Positions 26,560-42,009 are shown, counted from the first letter of the stretch. The stretch is 64,000 nt of DNA from Amoeboaphelidium protococcarum X5 (GCA_023515725.1 JALDTO010000213.1:318280-382279), one strand, 5' to 3'. Notes: a model not told the origin generated them from the letters alone. Program-made: numbers and translations.

Positions 26560-27400
26560 ATGAATTTACCAAGGCAAAGTCTATTGTTATATAGACCGAA
26601 ACCTATAAGGATACTCTTTGGAGTTAATACAATTATTGGGTATTATTACTTTCGCCTTTAACATAATGCATCAGGTTCAAGACATTTACACTGCTTTTCG
26701 CCGGATGAGAGCGATATTAATGATGGCAATGGTTCAAGTAATCTGAATAGACAATCGTTGGGGATCACATCCATAGGAAGTATTAGTGAGAGTCTCAACT
26801 CTGGTAATATACTATCATTAATTTAGCAATAACGGAGTAATGTGAGAAATGATCAGGATGATAATAATGATTTCGCTGACAGTGACTACGACTCTTTATC
26901 TGATAGCTCAAACTTCTCGCAAGATTATACTTTTATGGGTAATGTGGTGGCGCGAGTGGCTACTTAACTACTTAGATTCATAAATTATCACGTTAGGCAC
27001 TGGTCTGAATAGTTGCGAAATCCTGAGACGCGTCAACAGCTCTACTATCCTCTTACTATAGGATGTGGTGGTGCATTCGCTGGCAGTCTGGTGAGAAGGT
27101 AGTTGGGTGCTTACGTTGCTACATTCTCTGCCGTATGGTTCATATCCAACGTAAGATTATTTATTATTTTATTATTATTATTGGATTGAATATCACTATG
27201 CGAGGTTTATATGTATGTAGTTTCTGATAGATTATGACTTTATTAAAGTGAACTGGGAACGGGTAGATCAAGTGCGTAATGCTCTTCCAATGATCGACTA
27301 CGCTGTGCAGTAATATTAAGTCTTGAAAGAGTACGCCTCAAGTATTCCAATGAGTGGGGTTTTTGGTGCTGGATTTGCCATTGGATTTTATTACCTATGA
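26560..27400 (+). CDS. FUN14-domain mitochondrial membrane protein (intron 27151-27220)
   Basis: IGCGGAFAGSLVRR...FIKVNW...GVFGAGFAIGF is the FUN14 pattern. Presequence-like N-terminus. Confidence 0.7.
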
Positions 27401-27503
27401 AGTATTATGATTGAAATATAGTTAAAGTGCATGATATTTTAAAAAAGCTTGATCTGCAGTATAGTGCAAAGTAGTAGTGATACAATAGATGCAAACATTC
27501 TAT

Positions 27504-29579
27504 TCATTAGTCTTTCAAATTTATCAAAATCTTGTCAAGCATATCTCCAAGTTGAGTTGCATTATCGTCCACTAAGAGTGGTTTATTATATGGAGGCTAC
27601 TATTACTTTGGCATCTACTATTACTCTTGCGATGGTTGAAGCTGGTCCATACTATTATTGACATTGATATTGATATTGCGATTGTTGACTGCTGGAGGGG
27701 GAGGGCCGGTAATCGGAATATCCGAAATACTAGGCAAGACTCCAGCAGGGTACTGCATCAGCTGCTACTATGACTGTTACTACTACTACTATTAAACAAT
27801 AGGATTAGCCTAATACATTGAGATTGCTGGTTACTATCTCTATGACGCGGCACGTTGCAAATTGACTTGATTCTACGGCGCTTGTCTCTGAGATACAGCT
27901 CTCTGCAGATTTACATTAGATTGAGATGCCATTGAGGTTGATTATTGCTAAGCCTGAGAATACCTATTACCATTGCTACTGGATTGCTACGGTATATTAT
28001 TAAAATCATTCTTGCCGAATGCAGCCTACTGATATTATGGCATTAGTTGTTGAGACTGCATCAGCATATTTTTATTACTAGCATTAGGGGCAGGTGCAAA
28101 AGATTATGATGCCTGACCACCAGACATTATTTTAGCTTACGTTTCCATCTTCTTGATCTGAGTTGACTTGGCATTGTCGAATAGCATTTGACGCACATTC
28201 ATATCCGTGCGAGTCTTTTATCGCTTCGACGTTCCCAACCTCTCACCAATCTCATCTACCACTGAGCTGAATGACATTCTCTAGAAAGGATCTTAATGCT
28301 GACATCGCTCCATAATAGAGATAATCAGATTCAAGTACGGATCAGTTTAAGCGCGTTCATACAATGATTTACCCAGTTTAGGCCGGACGCCAGTCATCAC
28401 AGATCGAGAAATTTCCTCCAGATCATCGACATCCCACCATGGAATTCGGCGCTGCGTTAGCTCATACACAACCATACTGAATGCATACACGTCGCCAGCT
28501 TTAATTCTCTCTGGCTCTGCAATTTCATCGATATCCAGGTTATTCTAAAATGCAAGCAGAACTTCAGGTGCGGCGTACACTAGGGAGGCACCTTTAATGC
28601 GAGATTTCTGGTAAGCTTTCACGCGCAATAGGCTGCCATCAACGATTGATGTGACGCCGAAATCACACAGTACACAGTACAATTCGCCATTGCCCGATTA
28701 CTTGTCCAGCAATACATTACCTGGTTTGACATCATTATGCACAAGACCATTGTCATGCATATCAGCCAATCCGTTGGCGACATCTCTCATCATTCTCAAG
28801 ATGAACTTTGGTGTCCATTGATTATCTGGTACTAAAGGCTATTTATTAGACTCACCACCAGTTCCGTTTTTATGAATCAAATCTTCAAGACTGCCCAGTG
28901 GATAGTACTTCAACAGGATCATTGACGGCTGAGGACAGTAACCAATTAGGCGAATAACATTCGGGCACTCGTTAAGAAGCCATACGATGGATATCTCATG
29001 ATTAAATAGGGCCATAGCATCATCAACTGAAGCGTCCTCAATCGGTTTCATGACTTTAACGACACAGCTCGTCTCTCCACCCATTCTCTTGATGGCGGAT
29101 TCATTTTTCAACTCACCCAAGTACACTGTGCCAGCACCACCTTCAGCGAAAGCTTTCCCCAGGCTGAAGTCAAGCTCGGATATTAACATCAGGAATCCCG
29201 GGAGAGCCAGTGTTTTACCTTCAGTGTACATGGTCGTATTCTGCATGCGAAGAGCCGTTGTTTCACCGCGATTCCTGTATAGGCTTAGAGAGGTATCACC
29301 AGAGTTGAGCATACTCGTATCGTTGATTACACCGAGTGGTACATCGCCCTATTTTCTTTGCTTGTTATGAATGTTTGAATTGCCATTCTGACGTCTCCGC
29401 TTCAACTTGCCGCAGTATATGCCCAGCACAATACTTGTAGCAATGGAAATCAAAAGAATTACGATAACGAGCACCACAACAACCGTGAAAGTTACACCCG
29501 GAATCACGGCGCCGAAATCAGTCAAGGATATCACATTGTTGTTGATTCCACTTCTTACACTTTGAGTTTATGCTGACAT
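27504..29579 (-). CDS. Single-pass transmembrane protein kinase with Gln-rich tail, 691 aa
   Basis: TM helix VTFTVVVVLVIVILLISIATSIVLGIY. Kinase motifs AEGGAGTVY, VVK, HNDVKPGN, DFG and YAAPE. The polyQ tail is largely TAR-coded. Confidence 0.9.
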
Positions 29580-29892
29580 CTCAACTCTCACCTTAAATAA
29601 ACAGATTTTGCTCCTATATAATACAAAAAGTTCACAAGACAATTTTATATTATATTTTCAAAAAGGATATTAAATAATTATAAGAAGCTGGCGTTGTCAT
29701 TAGATTTGATGTAAAAACGCTATTAATAGACCATCATTTAAACACCAAACATCATCATAATCATCATAAAATATATTAAAAGTTCACTACATTTTATCAC
29801 CTATAACGCGATTTAATCGACACCAAGCGGTAGTGTTTAAAGCGCATAAAATAATATACATCCCAAACATAGCCTTCTTTAAAATTACATCA

Positions 29893-32800
29893 TCATGGAT
29901 ACTTCTTGCTCAATATGCTCATGAATAGCAACACCTTCTTATGCTCAGCATTTACAAGCTCTACATAAACAACGCACAAAATATGAGAATGGAAGGGCAA
30001 TTTGAGATTAAATTATTAACCGGATACGTTGAAATTACCTTCTGCCAGTATACTCTGAGTCTGAGGGAGATCTAGCTTATCCTTCATAAAGCTAATGAGA
30101 ATGTTCATATTATCAATCTTATGAGGGATCAGCTTGGGATTCTTTTTATAATTACCAACGCTTTACTTTGATAGTTTCTACAATTCAAGGACAATAATGA
30201 TAATGATATCGTGTTTCATTATATCCAACTTACCTCAACAAATTCCAACATGGAGCACCCGTCTTTAAAATAATCGTCCAGATTGTCATACTTTTAAGAG
30301 AGTGTGATAGACTGCTGCTAGCACTTTCCACTCATCCAACTGAAAAACTCAGTCTTTCCTTAATCAGAGTCTGTAAGCATAGTTTTGATACTATCTGCGC
30401 CAGATTACGAGGTGGATGCGACGCTAGGAGGAGTTGCAACAGCTTGCTTTTGAGGAATTTGTGGAACTACCGGGCTAGATTAAGAAGATGCTACTTGTGA
30501 TTCAGCAGTAGCACTCCCGTCAGACTTCTTTGATCCAGAATCGACTGAAGACGGCATATCTTTAGGTGGGATCTTGAAACCAGGCTTAGGCGCAGTGACA
30601 ACAGGCGCCGCTTAAGATGGGCTCTGAGCCGCAGGAAACCCAGCGGCTGGCATTTTAGGCTTTGACTGAGTGATAGCCGGTGGCTAGTCCTGAGAAACTT
30701 GACTCTAAGGCTACTACTACGGCAACTGCTATTTTTACAAGACGGGGTCTTACATTTAAGGGGTGCCCGGTTTCAAAGACTTGGATGGAACGTCAGGCGC
30801 CGCCACCGTACTGTCAGGAGTAGATGTATTGGCGCGCAAATCCTCCTTACTATCAGTCTTTGGTTAACCACCGCTGAAGGATTTCAACTTCACCTAGCCG
30901 ATTGCACCTAAATCTCCACCAGCAAACGGTAATCTGACGCCAAACTTTTGAGCTTTAGGAGCAGGGGCGGGTGCTTGTGCTTCTACTTACGCTGGCTACT
31001 ATTCTTCTACCGCAGCTTCTACCGGTTTCTCCTCCTTCTACACCGGTACAGCCTCCTAGACTTGCGGACGCGATGGAATTTGAGGCGACTGTTTCTATTC
31101 TTAAACTGGAGTTGATTCCGGCTTGCGAGGAGTTGCTGGAGGTTGAGCTTCTACTTGACGAGGTTCAACACTCTACTACTAAATGCTAGCTTCTGACGCC
31201 TACTTCTTGGCCTCCGCCTTGTTATCAGAACTGCTTCCACTCTTAAAAAGACCAAAAAACTTCTTGGCACCACCAGAACCCTTTCTCGCCTTTTCCTTAC
31301 TGACGTCAGCTTCTTTGACTTACTCCACCTAAGTCTCTGGCTTCGGAGCGGGCACAGGTTTAGATTCAATAGGAGGTACTTCTGGTGGCTGGAGTGGCTA
31401 TTGCATTGCAGAGTCTGCATTAGTCGATTCAGTTTCATCACCTGACTCATTTTGCACTTGAGGTCGAGGTTTTGGTGGTTGGCCGAGAAGATTACCCAAC
31501 GACGTCTTAAAGGCACGTTTGTTTATCGCGGGTTCCGCCTCCACCTTGCTCTTAATTTCTTCCACAACATTACTCGGAGGATTAACAGAATCTTTCTAGA
31601 CTACAACTTCACTGGCGCCAGTTGCATCAACCGACTAAACATCGTTTCCTAGTACCTACTCAACATTCTCCACTGAACGAATATGATCTGCATCGTTTTA
31701 ACTCACCTTGGATTCTTAGACATTAGATGCAGTCTCCGGCTACTCCTATACGGCCTAGTGATCATTTTAATCCAGTGGCTGAGTCTATTCTGCGACTAAA
31801 GTCGCATTCGGAGACTCTAAATAATTTTCAGACACAAAAGAGCCCTACTAAAAACTCTTGGAAACGATTGCACTATCACGTTGATTAATAAGTGTTGGTG
31901 CAAGACTTTGCCTGACTTCATTATCAGCAGCTTATTCATATTACGGCTCAGGCTACTGACTAACTTGCTGCTCCGGCTAAGTAGGCTCGCTAACAACTTC
32001 ACGAGTATTCTCCTTATATTACTCTTGTTAAACAGGAGACTCAACCACTATAGCTGGCTACATATCATTACTTACAGCTGCTTCTTCATGTACTTATGAT
32101 TCAGTAACAGCTGGAAGAGCCTTTTCAACTACAACAGGATCCTCTTTCACTTCCTCATGCTTATCATTTTCAACAACAACAGCAGGGACGTCGGTAGAAA
32201 CACTTACGACATCAGATGTCACACTGTCTCTTTATGCACGAGATGGAGCAGCTCCAGGTTTACGCTTATTCTTCAAATTGACGCGATCTTTAGCAACATG
32301 AGTTAATGCAGGCGAAGTTGAAGCCAGTGATGCAGTCTCCTTTAGTGATTAAATATCAATCACGGCAGAAGAGTCAATCTTAGCTGGTGCAGATTGGGGA
32401 GTGTTGGATAATACAGACTTTCTGCCCTTAGCCTCAGAAATCTTCGCATCTAACACACTCGTCAGTTAATCACTTAGCTATTCAATCACTGGCAGATAAG
32501 AGTCGATAACCAACTGCTTAAACTGACCAATAGCCTGCATGGCGGAAAGTTCAAATTGAGAATTCAATTTTACCGCTGCACCCTTCTCCAAGCTACTACT
32601 AATGGCGTTGTAATTAATATGCGACTATATCGATTCCATAACGTGACTGGTAAACTTCTTTTAATCATTCGCGAACTTGGACAAGATCAGCGGAAGCTTA
32701 TCATCAGCCTAGCGAGCAACGTACTGCAGCAGTTCACTCATATTTCTCTGCTACACGTCCATCAGAGGGCGAGTACTTTAAGTCAACACTCCCTTGGTCT

Positions 32801-35039
32801 CATCTTGATCAGCCTTGAAAACAGATTCAAATTGCTAATTCACCACGCTAATCACTGATTCCAGGCTGTCCAACTCCGAGCACAGCTTCTTACTCTAAGA
32901 CATCTATTCGATAACCTTTTACGGCAGTCCACTGTACTTTGACAACTGATCAATCTTTTATTGGCATTTACTAATTATCCCAGAGACAACAGCTTTATCT
33001 CCAGATGTCCATTAATGGTTAAAGGCACTAGTAGCACCATTGAACCCGCTACTCTTCTAAGCACAACTTTACTACAACTCTGCAAACAATCTCTCAGCTT
33101 TCACCTTATCAGATTTATACAAAGCTTGCATCTCACCAAAAGGTACAACAATTTCGCGCAAAGACTTATTCTAAACCGCAACTCTAGCCACAAAGTTCCA
33201 TCCGACAAAACTAAAGCCATTCTGACTACAATCCAAATATTGCAGCTACTGCAACTGGGAGATCAGCAAACACAATGAAGTTGAACCGTCATCTCCAAGA
33301 GAATTATTAACCAAGTGCAACTTTTGCAATTTACTGCCATCAGCTCCAGTAATCTTCACACTCTCCATACAGTGAGATAAAAACTTACCTAGAACATTGT
33401 CATTTAGCGATAGTTCAACCACATTCTACATTTAGAATAACAATTACAGGCGGACATTACTAGCACTCTTCTACTTGGACAATTTCTGGAAACACTTGTC
33501 CAACTTAATCACCTTCAACTTCACATTGCGAGCCAGTCCCTCAATTAAATCAATCGCTGCAACATCATCACTGGCATCATTCTCACTAAAATCCACAGCA
33601 CTCACTGTAATCAATTGAGGCAATATCTGACCAATATAAGAGATATCCTTCTTTCCCAAGTCATTATTTCTCAGAGATAATTGAACATTCAGCAGCGAGA
33701 TGTTCTCATTCATAGCATTGAACAGCTACTTCAACTACCCAGAACTCAGCTTAGTCTCACTCATATTTATCACCTAAAGTGACTGCGAGCTCTTCAAAAA
33801 CGATTCAAAAGGAACGCAATCTTGGCCATTATTAAATCTATTGCCCTGTAGATGCAACTCCTTAAGACTGTAAGTGCATCCGCGCATCAGGGCTGTAAAT
33901 AAAATCTCCAAATTCGGAATGCCGCAATTGGTCAAGTTGAGAACTGACAACTGATTGGGCACTTGAAGCACTTCATTTAGAGCAAACACGCCATCAGATC
34001 CTAATTAATTCCCACTCAAATTCAAGTACTGAAGACTATCAGTGAGAGAAACTGCATTAGATCCACCATTACCCGACTTGGTAAAGTTGGACAGAAATGA
34101 GACGGCACCTTTCTTACTCAACTGACAATTGGCCAAAGACAGCCCCTTAGCTCCTCTTTACATTTAATGCAAATCTGCACCCAAAAGAGCTGTATACTTT
34201 TCATCAATCGCATTATCATCCAAATAGACACTCTGCAAATGAACACAATTCTTCATGGCCTCAGACAGTTAGTGCAGAAACTCTTTGGGAAACTAATTAC
34301 TACCACCAAACACAATCTCTTCCAATCCCTGATTCCACTTGAGTAAATGAATCAAAGCATGTGCCATATCAGGACTATTAAATCTGACATCAGTCAACAC
34401 CAGTCGAGTGTAATAGCCGTTAAACACCAGAGCATCCAGAATAGCCAAAACCTACTTATTATCAAAATCAGCAAACAACTTCAAATCGAGACAGCAATCA
34501 CCAGACTGAGATTTGATCAGCCATAGAGCCTCTTGACTCACAGGTACATTTAAATGATGACAACAGGCAACATAAGTGTTCACCATTCCACCAGCAATCA
34601 TCTACCGAGTACCCACACTACTTCTAAAGTTCAATTCTTTCCAAGGGACGGCTACAATGAGATCCATCTACTCCGTTTTAGTGTGCAAGCCTTCCATACT
34701 ACTCACGGAAGAATGAATATCACTTCTAATCTTCACCTGCCTCACAGGAAACGTACACTTTACACATTCAACAATGGCAATGATAATCTGCTCAATATCA
34801 GACTTGTGTTAAATAGTCATCACATTCTGATTCTTGACAAACGACTACATCACAACTTCGATATTCTACTTGCTAATCAGAGCTTTCAAGTTTCTCAAGT
34901 TGAATTCTATCAACTGCTTGCCACCATTAGCTTTCTACACCACAACTCGAAACTACTTGTCCAGAACAACATCACACTACTCTGCAGTCTTGGCATTACC
35001 AACCAGCACTTCACAATTTCTAAACACTTGTTGACTCAT
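29893..35039 (-). CDS. CARMIL/LRRC16-like capping-protein regulator with C-terminal calponin-homology domain, ~1670 aa (introns 30178-30233, 29961-30038)
   Basis: Long RI-like LRR array (33300-34500), a helical domain, and CPI motif LTHVAKDRVNLKNKRKP (~32255-32306). A Pro/Gln-rich tail ends in a terminal CH-like segment DGCSMLEFVEKLSK..KNPKLIPHKIDNMNILISFM..ILAEELVNAEHKKVLLFMSIL. Confidence 0.85.
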
Positions 35040-36069
35040 TCAATTTGCTGTGATATCCAAGCTCTATCGGAGGAATATCTATAAACGTTAGATTCAAAAA
35101 GTCTAAACAAAATAATGATAAAGTTGGATAAAAAGAAACAAAACGATCAAGCAATCAATCAAGCCGTTTCACCCAACAAAGGAAGAAGGACGAAAGAGAA
35201 GATCCTGAGAGAGAGAGGAGAGGAGAGAGAAACAATTCAAACAACATTCAACAAATACGGCGCCTTGACTGATCTCTCCTCCAACGCGAAACCGTGAAAA
35301 GGACATTGTTTTACTAGAACCAACCCCCGCCTTTGCATAAAACTGTTTCATAGTTCTTTTCTCGTTATACAGTAATCTCCAGGTGTGAATACAGTAAACT
35401 GTATTTTTGTTTCTGATAATTTAAATTCTAAAGCTTTTACTCGTCGTTTTGAGTATGACTGCTATTGGTTAGTATAATTGCACAAAGTGCGAACAATGTC
35501 CTTAAGCAGAGGTAACTTCTTATTTTTGCCCCTATAACGTATATGTGTATTGTTGCCACTTCTTTTAAGTGTAGATTGACAGCTCACCTTGCAAAGACAC
35601 GGGCTATCGGTAATTATGCATAGTTGATGGTGTATCGAATGGATCAACTGTTGAATTGTTTAAATCTTGCTCTATTAGTAACAAGTTAAACTCTGATTAT
35701 CATCTTAATTTTACATTTATATACGTAAGCAATTTATAATGCATTTTATTGTATAACTATTGAGATTCATGATATAATTGTAGTTGTTAATGTGGATCGT
35801 TCTCATAACGTCCTCAGTAGTGATTCAAAAGAGACAAATGCGTCGCTGAAACAGGCTCTTGCAATTTGATGCTGGACGCGTTAATTGATTCAATGTGTAT
35901 TGTTCGTTTTGCTGTTGCTGATAGTAGGCTATCGCTGACAGTAGATATGGCGTGAGGATTTGTCTTTAGTTAAAAAGGTGCGAAAAGACAATCACAATAT
36001 GTATTTCATAACCATTTGGATATTCTCAAAACTTCAAACTTTATACAGTATTAAAAAGCCAAATGATAC

Positions 36070-37845
36070 TCACTGATCATACAAGAGCCACTCAATGACT
36101 CTGGATGGATGCAGTACTTTACAATAATGGATTCCGGCCGCATCTTTGATAAAGAAATTCACAGGACTCATCATTACCGGCGACTAGATGATTCTCAACA
36201 ATTGACGACGTCCATTCATGTTAAAACTACAACCTTTAGGCCAAGGCGTCTCGCGCACCGACAGCTATCTCCAGATCCATAGCGGACCAATGTTCCACAG
36301 TGTGTCCAGGTCATAACTCACAGCCAACATGAGATCGCCACTCAAGATCTTTTGTTATAGTTCAGACAGTGCCAGATTCTACGTGACACTTTTAAGAATC
36401 GGTTCAATCGCAATGGCAGTCTGCTATTTCCCAACGGAAATCTTGTGGTATCGTACGCCATCAAATTGCAGTAGCTTAAATGCTTCTTTGATTGCAATCA
36501 AGTTTAATCTTGCGCAAAATCCCTTCTAGTTACCAGAAAGACCAGACACAGGCTATTGTATCCAGACTGACTCTTCCCTGACAGCTTGTGCACTGTCAAA
36601 CAACTCTTCATATGACTATGAATAATCCAAGTGCTCAAAAGGCAATCCAACATTACGCATTAAATCAAGATAAGACTAATTAGAGTGGTTAAGTGGCTTC
36701 ATATACAGTTCTCTGGATCCCAACTTACCTTTGGATTCAATAGCAGTGATAGGCTTCAGAGGCCATTGGACACTATTTGACAATTACTAATTACTTTTAT
36801 AGAAAGCTGAAGACTCGTAGATAGCTTCAGATACAGATTCAGCCTCTACAGAAGAAACACTCAGTTTTCTAACAACAGGCACGTGAAGAGGAAAGTGGAC
36901 CCACGCATAATGTTGCTCTTCACGCAAAGACACGGAGACATCAAGTGGATGATCTTTAAGAGCGCCGTGGTATTCATAGCCTAGAAATCTACCAGACACA
37001 TTGTGTACTATAGAACTCAACGATCCATTCAAGTTTGGCGTCAGATGGCCAATAGCACTCTGCAACTGAATATAAGCCATGAACTACGAACCGACGAAGC
37101 AATCCACATTCTTTTCCACAGATTTCGGATCTTTATCATTGTATTAATGACATGGCGGACTCAGTGCAACGTGCGATTCTCTCTTCAACTGCTTCTGAAT
37201 AGCGCGAAGGACTTGAACACTATCCTGATCATCACTTGAATCATTGGAATCATACAGAGATTGCAATACACTTTTGATTGTAGAGATCCATTTCAGATTA
37301 CTTCCGCTAAACATATCGCTGTAACTAGTATTGGATACCAGAATATGGCCAACGTTTTTATGCTATGACAGCAATTGATCCTAGATGGCAAAACTAAACA
37401 GAGATCGCGATGTGGCATCAACCATGGGGGCAATTGCAATAGATGAGTACGGCAGTAGTTGAGTAATTGGGTAGGCGAGAGATATGAACCGCGATAACAG
37501 AACTGAATTACTAGTAGAGCCCAACTGACGCTAAATCAGTTCTGACGATGAACCCACAGCGAGGACAACATCTTCTGGTTATAAAGTGAGACCACTGATT
37601 GCAACCTTCTCATCTAGTACATGGACGCCAAATCCAACCTCTATAGCCAAACTCTTCAATACACCATAACTTGAATCGTCAGAGCGATCACGAGACTTTA
37701 CTGTATACAGAGAACGCTGAGGGTGAGACTGGACAGCATGATGAAACGTCAGTTGACCAGACGCGTCATTGTAATAACAGCTCACTTGGGCAGCGCAAAA
37801 GGCGTAGCAATATATACCAAGAAGCCAACCAAAATGAATACTCAT
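36070..37845 (-). CDS. Secreted hypothetical protein, 591 aa
   Basis: Signal peptide MSIHFGWLLGIYCYAFCAA. Continuous TAR=Gln ORF ending HYCKVLHPSRVIEWLLYDQ-TGA. Confidence 0.75.
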
Positions 37846-38166
37846 AATACGTCAACTTGTAATTGTTTTTATCAGCAATGAAAAGAGAAATGTGGGGAAG
37901 TGAAATATTATTTCAAATGTATTACGTCACCTCAACCCCGCACCCCGGTCTTGAGTGTTGAATGTTTCGATCTCCACCGCGATAACAATCGAGCGCGAGT
38001 CTCGGTGAAAATACTGATGAAGCAAGTTGATTGCACCCGAAGAGTGGCTGATATTGGAAGAAATAGAGTGTAGTTAAGATGTTTCAAAATTTGTATTCTA
38101 TTAAAATCAGACACACTTTTTACTTCTATCACATCATCTCAATAACTTCTACATTCCTTCACTATA

Positions 38167-41100
38167 TCACTAAACATTCTTCCTCAACAGGCTCAATGAT
38201 GGCTTTGGTTTGAGGACAATCTTGGGCTACTGAGACGCGTCAGTCTAACCAGTCTGCTGTTACTGCGAGTCACTATTCGGAATCTGTGCATTGACAGCTT
38301 CTTGTCTGGGTACCACCGCTGTCTTTTATGCACGCATCGACATGGTCTTTGATCTACCCAGAGCATAAGATTCACTTTCTGTCGGCTATTCTTACTGTGG
38401 AGACATTTTCTATTCAAACATGGCACTAAACTTGGATACAATCTTTGCTCTAGCCACATCATTGATACCTTTTGACTTTCTCCTGTCATTTAGGCCTTGT
38501 TCTTGCATAGTCGCATTATCGCCTTGTTCAGCACTCGCGCTTTACACTGCCTCAGGTCGAAACCTCTGTAAAACACTGTTACTTCTCCCAATGCCCTAGA
38601 TATTCTTAATAAAATCGTTCATATCAGGCTTCGGCAATGGCGCCTGCACAGGTGCTGGAATAGCATCTTTCTGAGGCTAACTAGCTAAATTCTACACGTT
38701 ACCATTCTCAGGTATCAAGTTAGTCTTTGAATCAGACTTAAAGCTAGGCTGCAAACCACTGAGAGATGGTCTTATTTATGCCAGCGACGGCTTTGGCTTC
38801 TTGATCAATGGAGGTGTCTGTATAGCAATTGCAGCCTATTATGGAGGACTATCCACCTTTTATACATCAGCAGCGCTACTTATAACGGCTGGAAGAGGTG
38901 CCACAGATTCAAGAATAGGATCAACAGGAGAACTGACTTTCCTCGTCATTTGACTATTATCCATCATTACTTGACTATTGCTACTCTTCAGTGCCGTGCT
39001 GGAAGAAGACTTTGTCAGCACTTCAGTCAACTCTTTAAATCCTATTTTGGCCAAGAAGTCGGCTTCTTCAGGATTAAGCACAGGCTCTGCATCTTCCAAA
39101 CTTTCATCAACATCATCATCTACATGGTCAACTTAAGTAACCTGATTTTACTCCAAAGTCTTAGATGCATCACTAGTCAGTGCATCGACATCATCGTGGC
39201 CACCAAATTTTGAAACTGCCAACTCCTGACTTCTCTTCACTAGATTACTTAATTATTGCAAAACTCCTGCAGAGTCCGAGTCATGAGATTATAACGTTTT
39301 GATATTATCAGGCTTTACAGATTCTGCTTGCTCTTCAGTGAATTTCTGATCCGGCAAATCAGATGCGGCCAGCCGTAAATCTGCTGATATTTCAGAGAGG
39401 CCCTTCTCAAGAATAGCCTGATTTTTAAATTACTAATCTTGATTTCCACCATTCTCCAAGACTACCGGTTCCTCTTTGACGATTACGGCTGAGAATTCTG
39501 CATCCAACTGTGACTTTAAATTTGAAGTCTCAGAACTATCCATTGCTATAGCCGACTCCAATTGATGCCCTATTAAAGACAGGTCTTTCATCAACAATCG
39601 CCCGTTATCAACATCCAACTTCTCTTCGATTGCAGGGGGAGGAGGAGCATCGGATTCTACAGGTGTCTGTTAGTTACGCTCTTCAGCAATCTGACCAATC
39701 TTGGAATCATCAATTTGATGTTACGGCTACAGAGCAGTGGAATGACGATTAGATTTCAAAGATGCATAAGTATCTAGTAACTCTGATGCATCGTCTTTAC
39801 TTTCCTCCCGTACCAAGTTGGACTTGGCAACAGCCTCAAGAGACTACTGCACTTGGTCAATAACGACATTCACCTAAACTTCTTGATCTTTCTATGTGCT
39901 TTACGTGGTTTGTTACTCTTCATTATTCAGACCAGAATTTGATATGTTCACAGAGGCAGCGACAATTTCAACCTGCTATTCCAAATCATTGCCGCTGGCA
40001 CGAACAGACTCGTTATTCTTTTGAACTTCTATAGCATTCACCTCCTCCAAGCTCTCTGGTATAACTTGACTATCAAGAACTAAGTTGGCAGATCCAGACA
40101 ACTTGCGGCGCGATGACTTTGAAGAATTGGACAGTTTACGAACAAGCTTAGATGACGATACCACGGAGAGATCTTCAGCTGGATTCTCAGACTATTCACC
40201 TTATGGGTGATGAGTGTCATTGTCTTTTGCAATGTTATTCGAAGATGGAGCTGATAGTGGAGGTCCTGGTAGATTCAAGAACGGTACACTTTCATCTACC
40301 TAAGCGATAACAGACTAAGGTGCTGCCTTGGATTCAGTTTGATCTTGAGCTTTTTCATTATCAACTTTAGCGGGCGGATTATAAATCGGAGCAAACGAGT
40401 CGTGGGTGGAATGATCAATTTTAAATCTGTGGCCATCATCCTTCTTATTACTGCTGCTACCTCCCACGCCCAAAATCTTCTTCAAAATTCCACCAGATGA
40501 TTTATTAGCTCCATTCACACTCTGCTCATCATCTTCTTCCATCGGAGACGGTAGGTTCTCATTAATATCAGAAATGGATTTATTTCTCTAGTGAGCCGCA
40601 GACTGTCCATTTGGTCCTAGTAGACTCGTCGGTCTTGATTTACGTAAACTTAATCCCCTCATAATCTTGACACCACCACCACCAGTCTAAGAAGGTTCAG
40701 TCACTGCGTTAGATGACGCCTACTACGCATTAGCTGAAGAGGCAGCTTTATTGCCATTGCCGAAAGTGCGCGCGAATAAGGATTTACTTCTCTTCAGACC
40801 ACCAGCTTGGTCACCATCCTGCTTCTGCTCCTACTATTTTTATTTGACCGCTTATGCTTAGGTACCAGTCGCGCCACTATGAGCATTAGCATCATAATCA
40901 CCTGCAGTCTACTTCTTACCGCCAATAGATAGGAAAGATGCGATAGACACACGCTTCTTGTTGCGCACCGACGTGGAGAAGTCATCAACCTTCTTCTCCG
41001 TAGCCTCCAACGCTTTCAACTCCGCCTTCTTAACTTCTATCTCATCAGCGAGCTTGGTATGTATTGCATTCAGCTCATCAAAAGTCATATTAGTTTATTG

Positions 41101-41835
41101 TGGCTCAATTTTAGACATCTCATCCTGCGTTACAACTTCAACAGCTACCGGTGACTTGGCAGATGGCTCCACAATTCTCTCTTCAATCACTTTCTACGAT
41201 GTCACGATTTTACTTATTTCTGCAAGCATGGTCGATTCATCAACTTATTTAGACTCATCAACACTCTATAAATCGCTTTTGGTATATGAGCCTCCTGATT
41301 TGCTCAGATTAGATGAATGAGAGGGATGTTGATTAAGTTGCAGTTACTACTTTGTCAAATCTCCGACACTATTCAGTGCATCTCCAGCGGCCAGATATGC
41401 CGCAATCGCATTCAACTCAGGCTTGAGTGATCCAGCGCTATTAGACGGCGTCATTTTAACGACTCGAATACTCTCTGAGCGGGCTAATCCTTGAGGGGCG
41501 GCATTAACTGGAGCCCCTGCGGCTTACTATCCATTTTGAGTGGGGTTACTACTGTTAGCATTGGACTATCCAGATGCTGATACTGATGATCCGGCAGAGG
41601 TATTTCTATTCATCCTCACACTGGTAGTACGTTTCAACTCTCCACTCTGCTAGCCTTGATGTAGATCCTAAATCAACTTGGTCAATGCAGAAGCTTCAAA
41701 TGCATCAGCACTTATTCTGCTTGCTTTCTTTGAAGAACTTGAATTGGAATCCATTGAGACTACATTTGATTGTAGTTTAAGATATGTTATAGATTGATTG
41801 TGTTATAGTTTCTTACCTTTTCTTGATGCATCCAT
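38167..41835 (-). CDS. Large low-complexity Ser/Gln/Glu-rich protein, ~1200 aa (short first exon; intron ~41760-41816)
   Basis: Track fragments 38860, 39433, 39976 and 40315 share one frame and join under TAR=Gln. The GTAAGA..TGTAG intron follows MDASRK. Confidence 0.75.
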
Positions 41836-42009
41836 CACTGTGGACAAGATTATACTTTTAATTCCTTTTCAAAGAGTTTAAACCCACAATGAAGACTGTA
41901 TTTAATGATGACAAAAATATATAGATCACTGATCAAAAAGTGGAGTTAGGGGATTTGGGTAGACGGCATTGTTTAGATATCAGATCAATGGCAAGTCTAT
42001 TTATAACTT

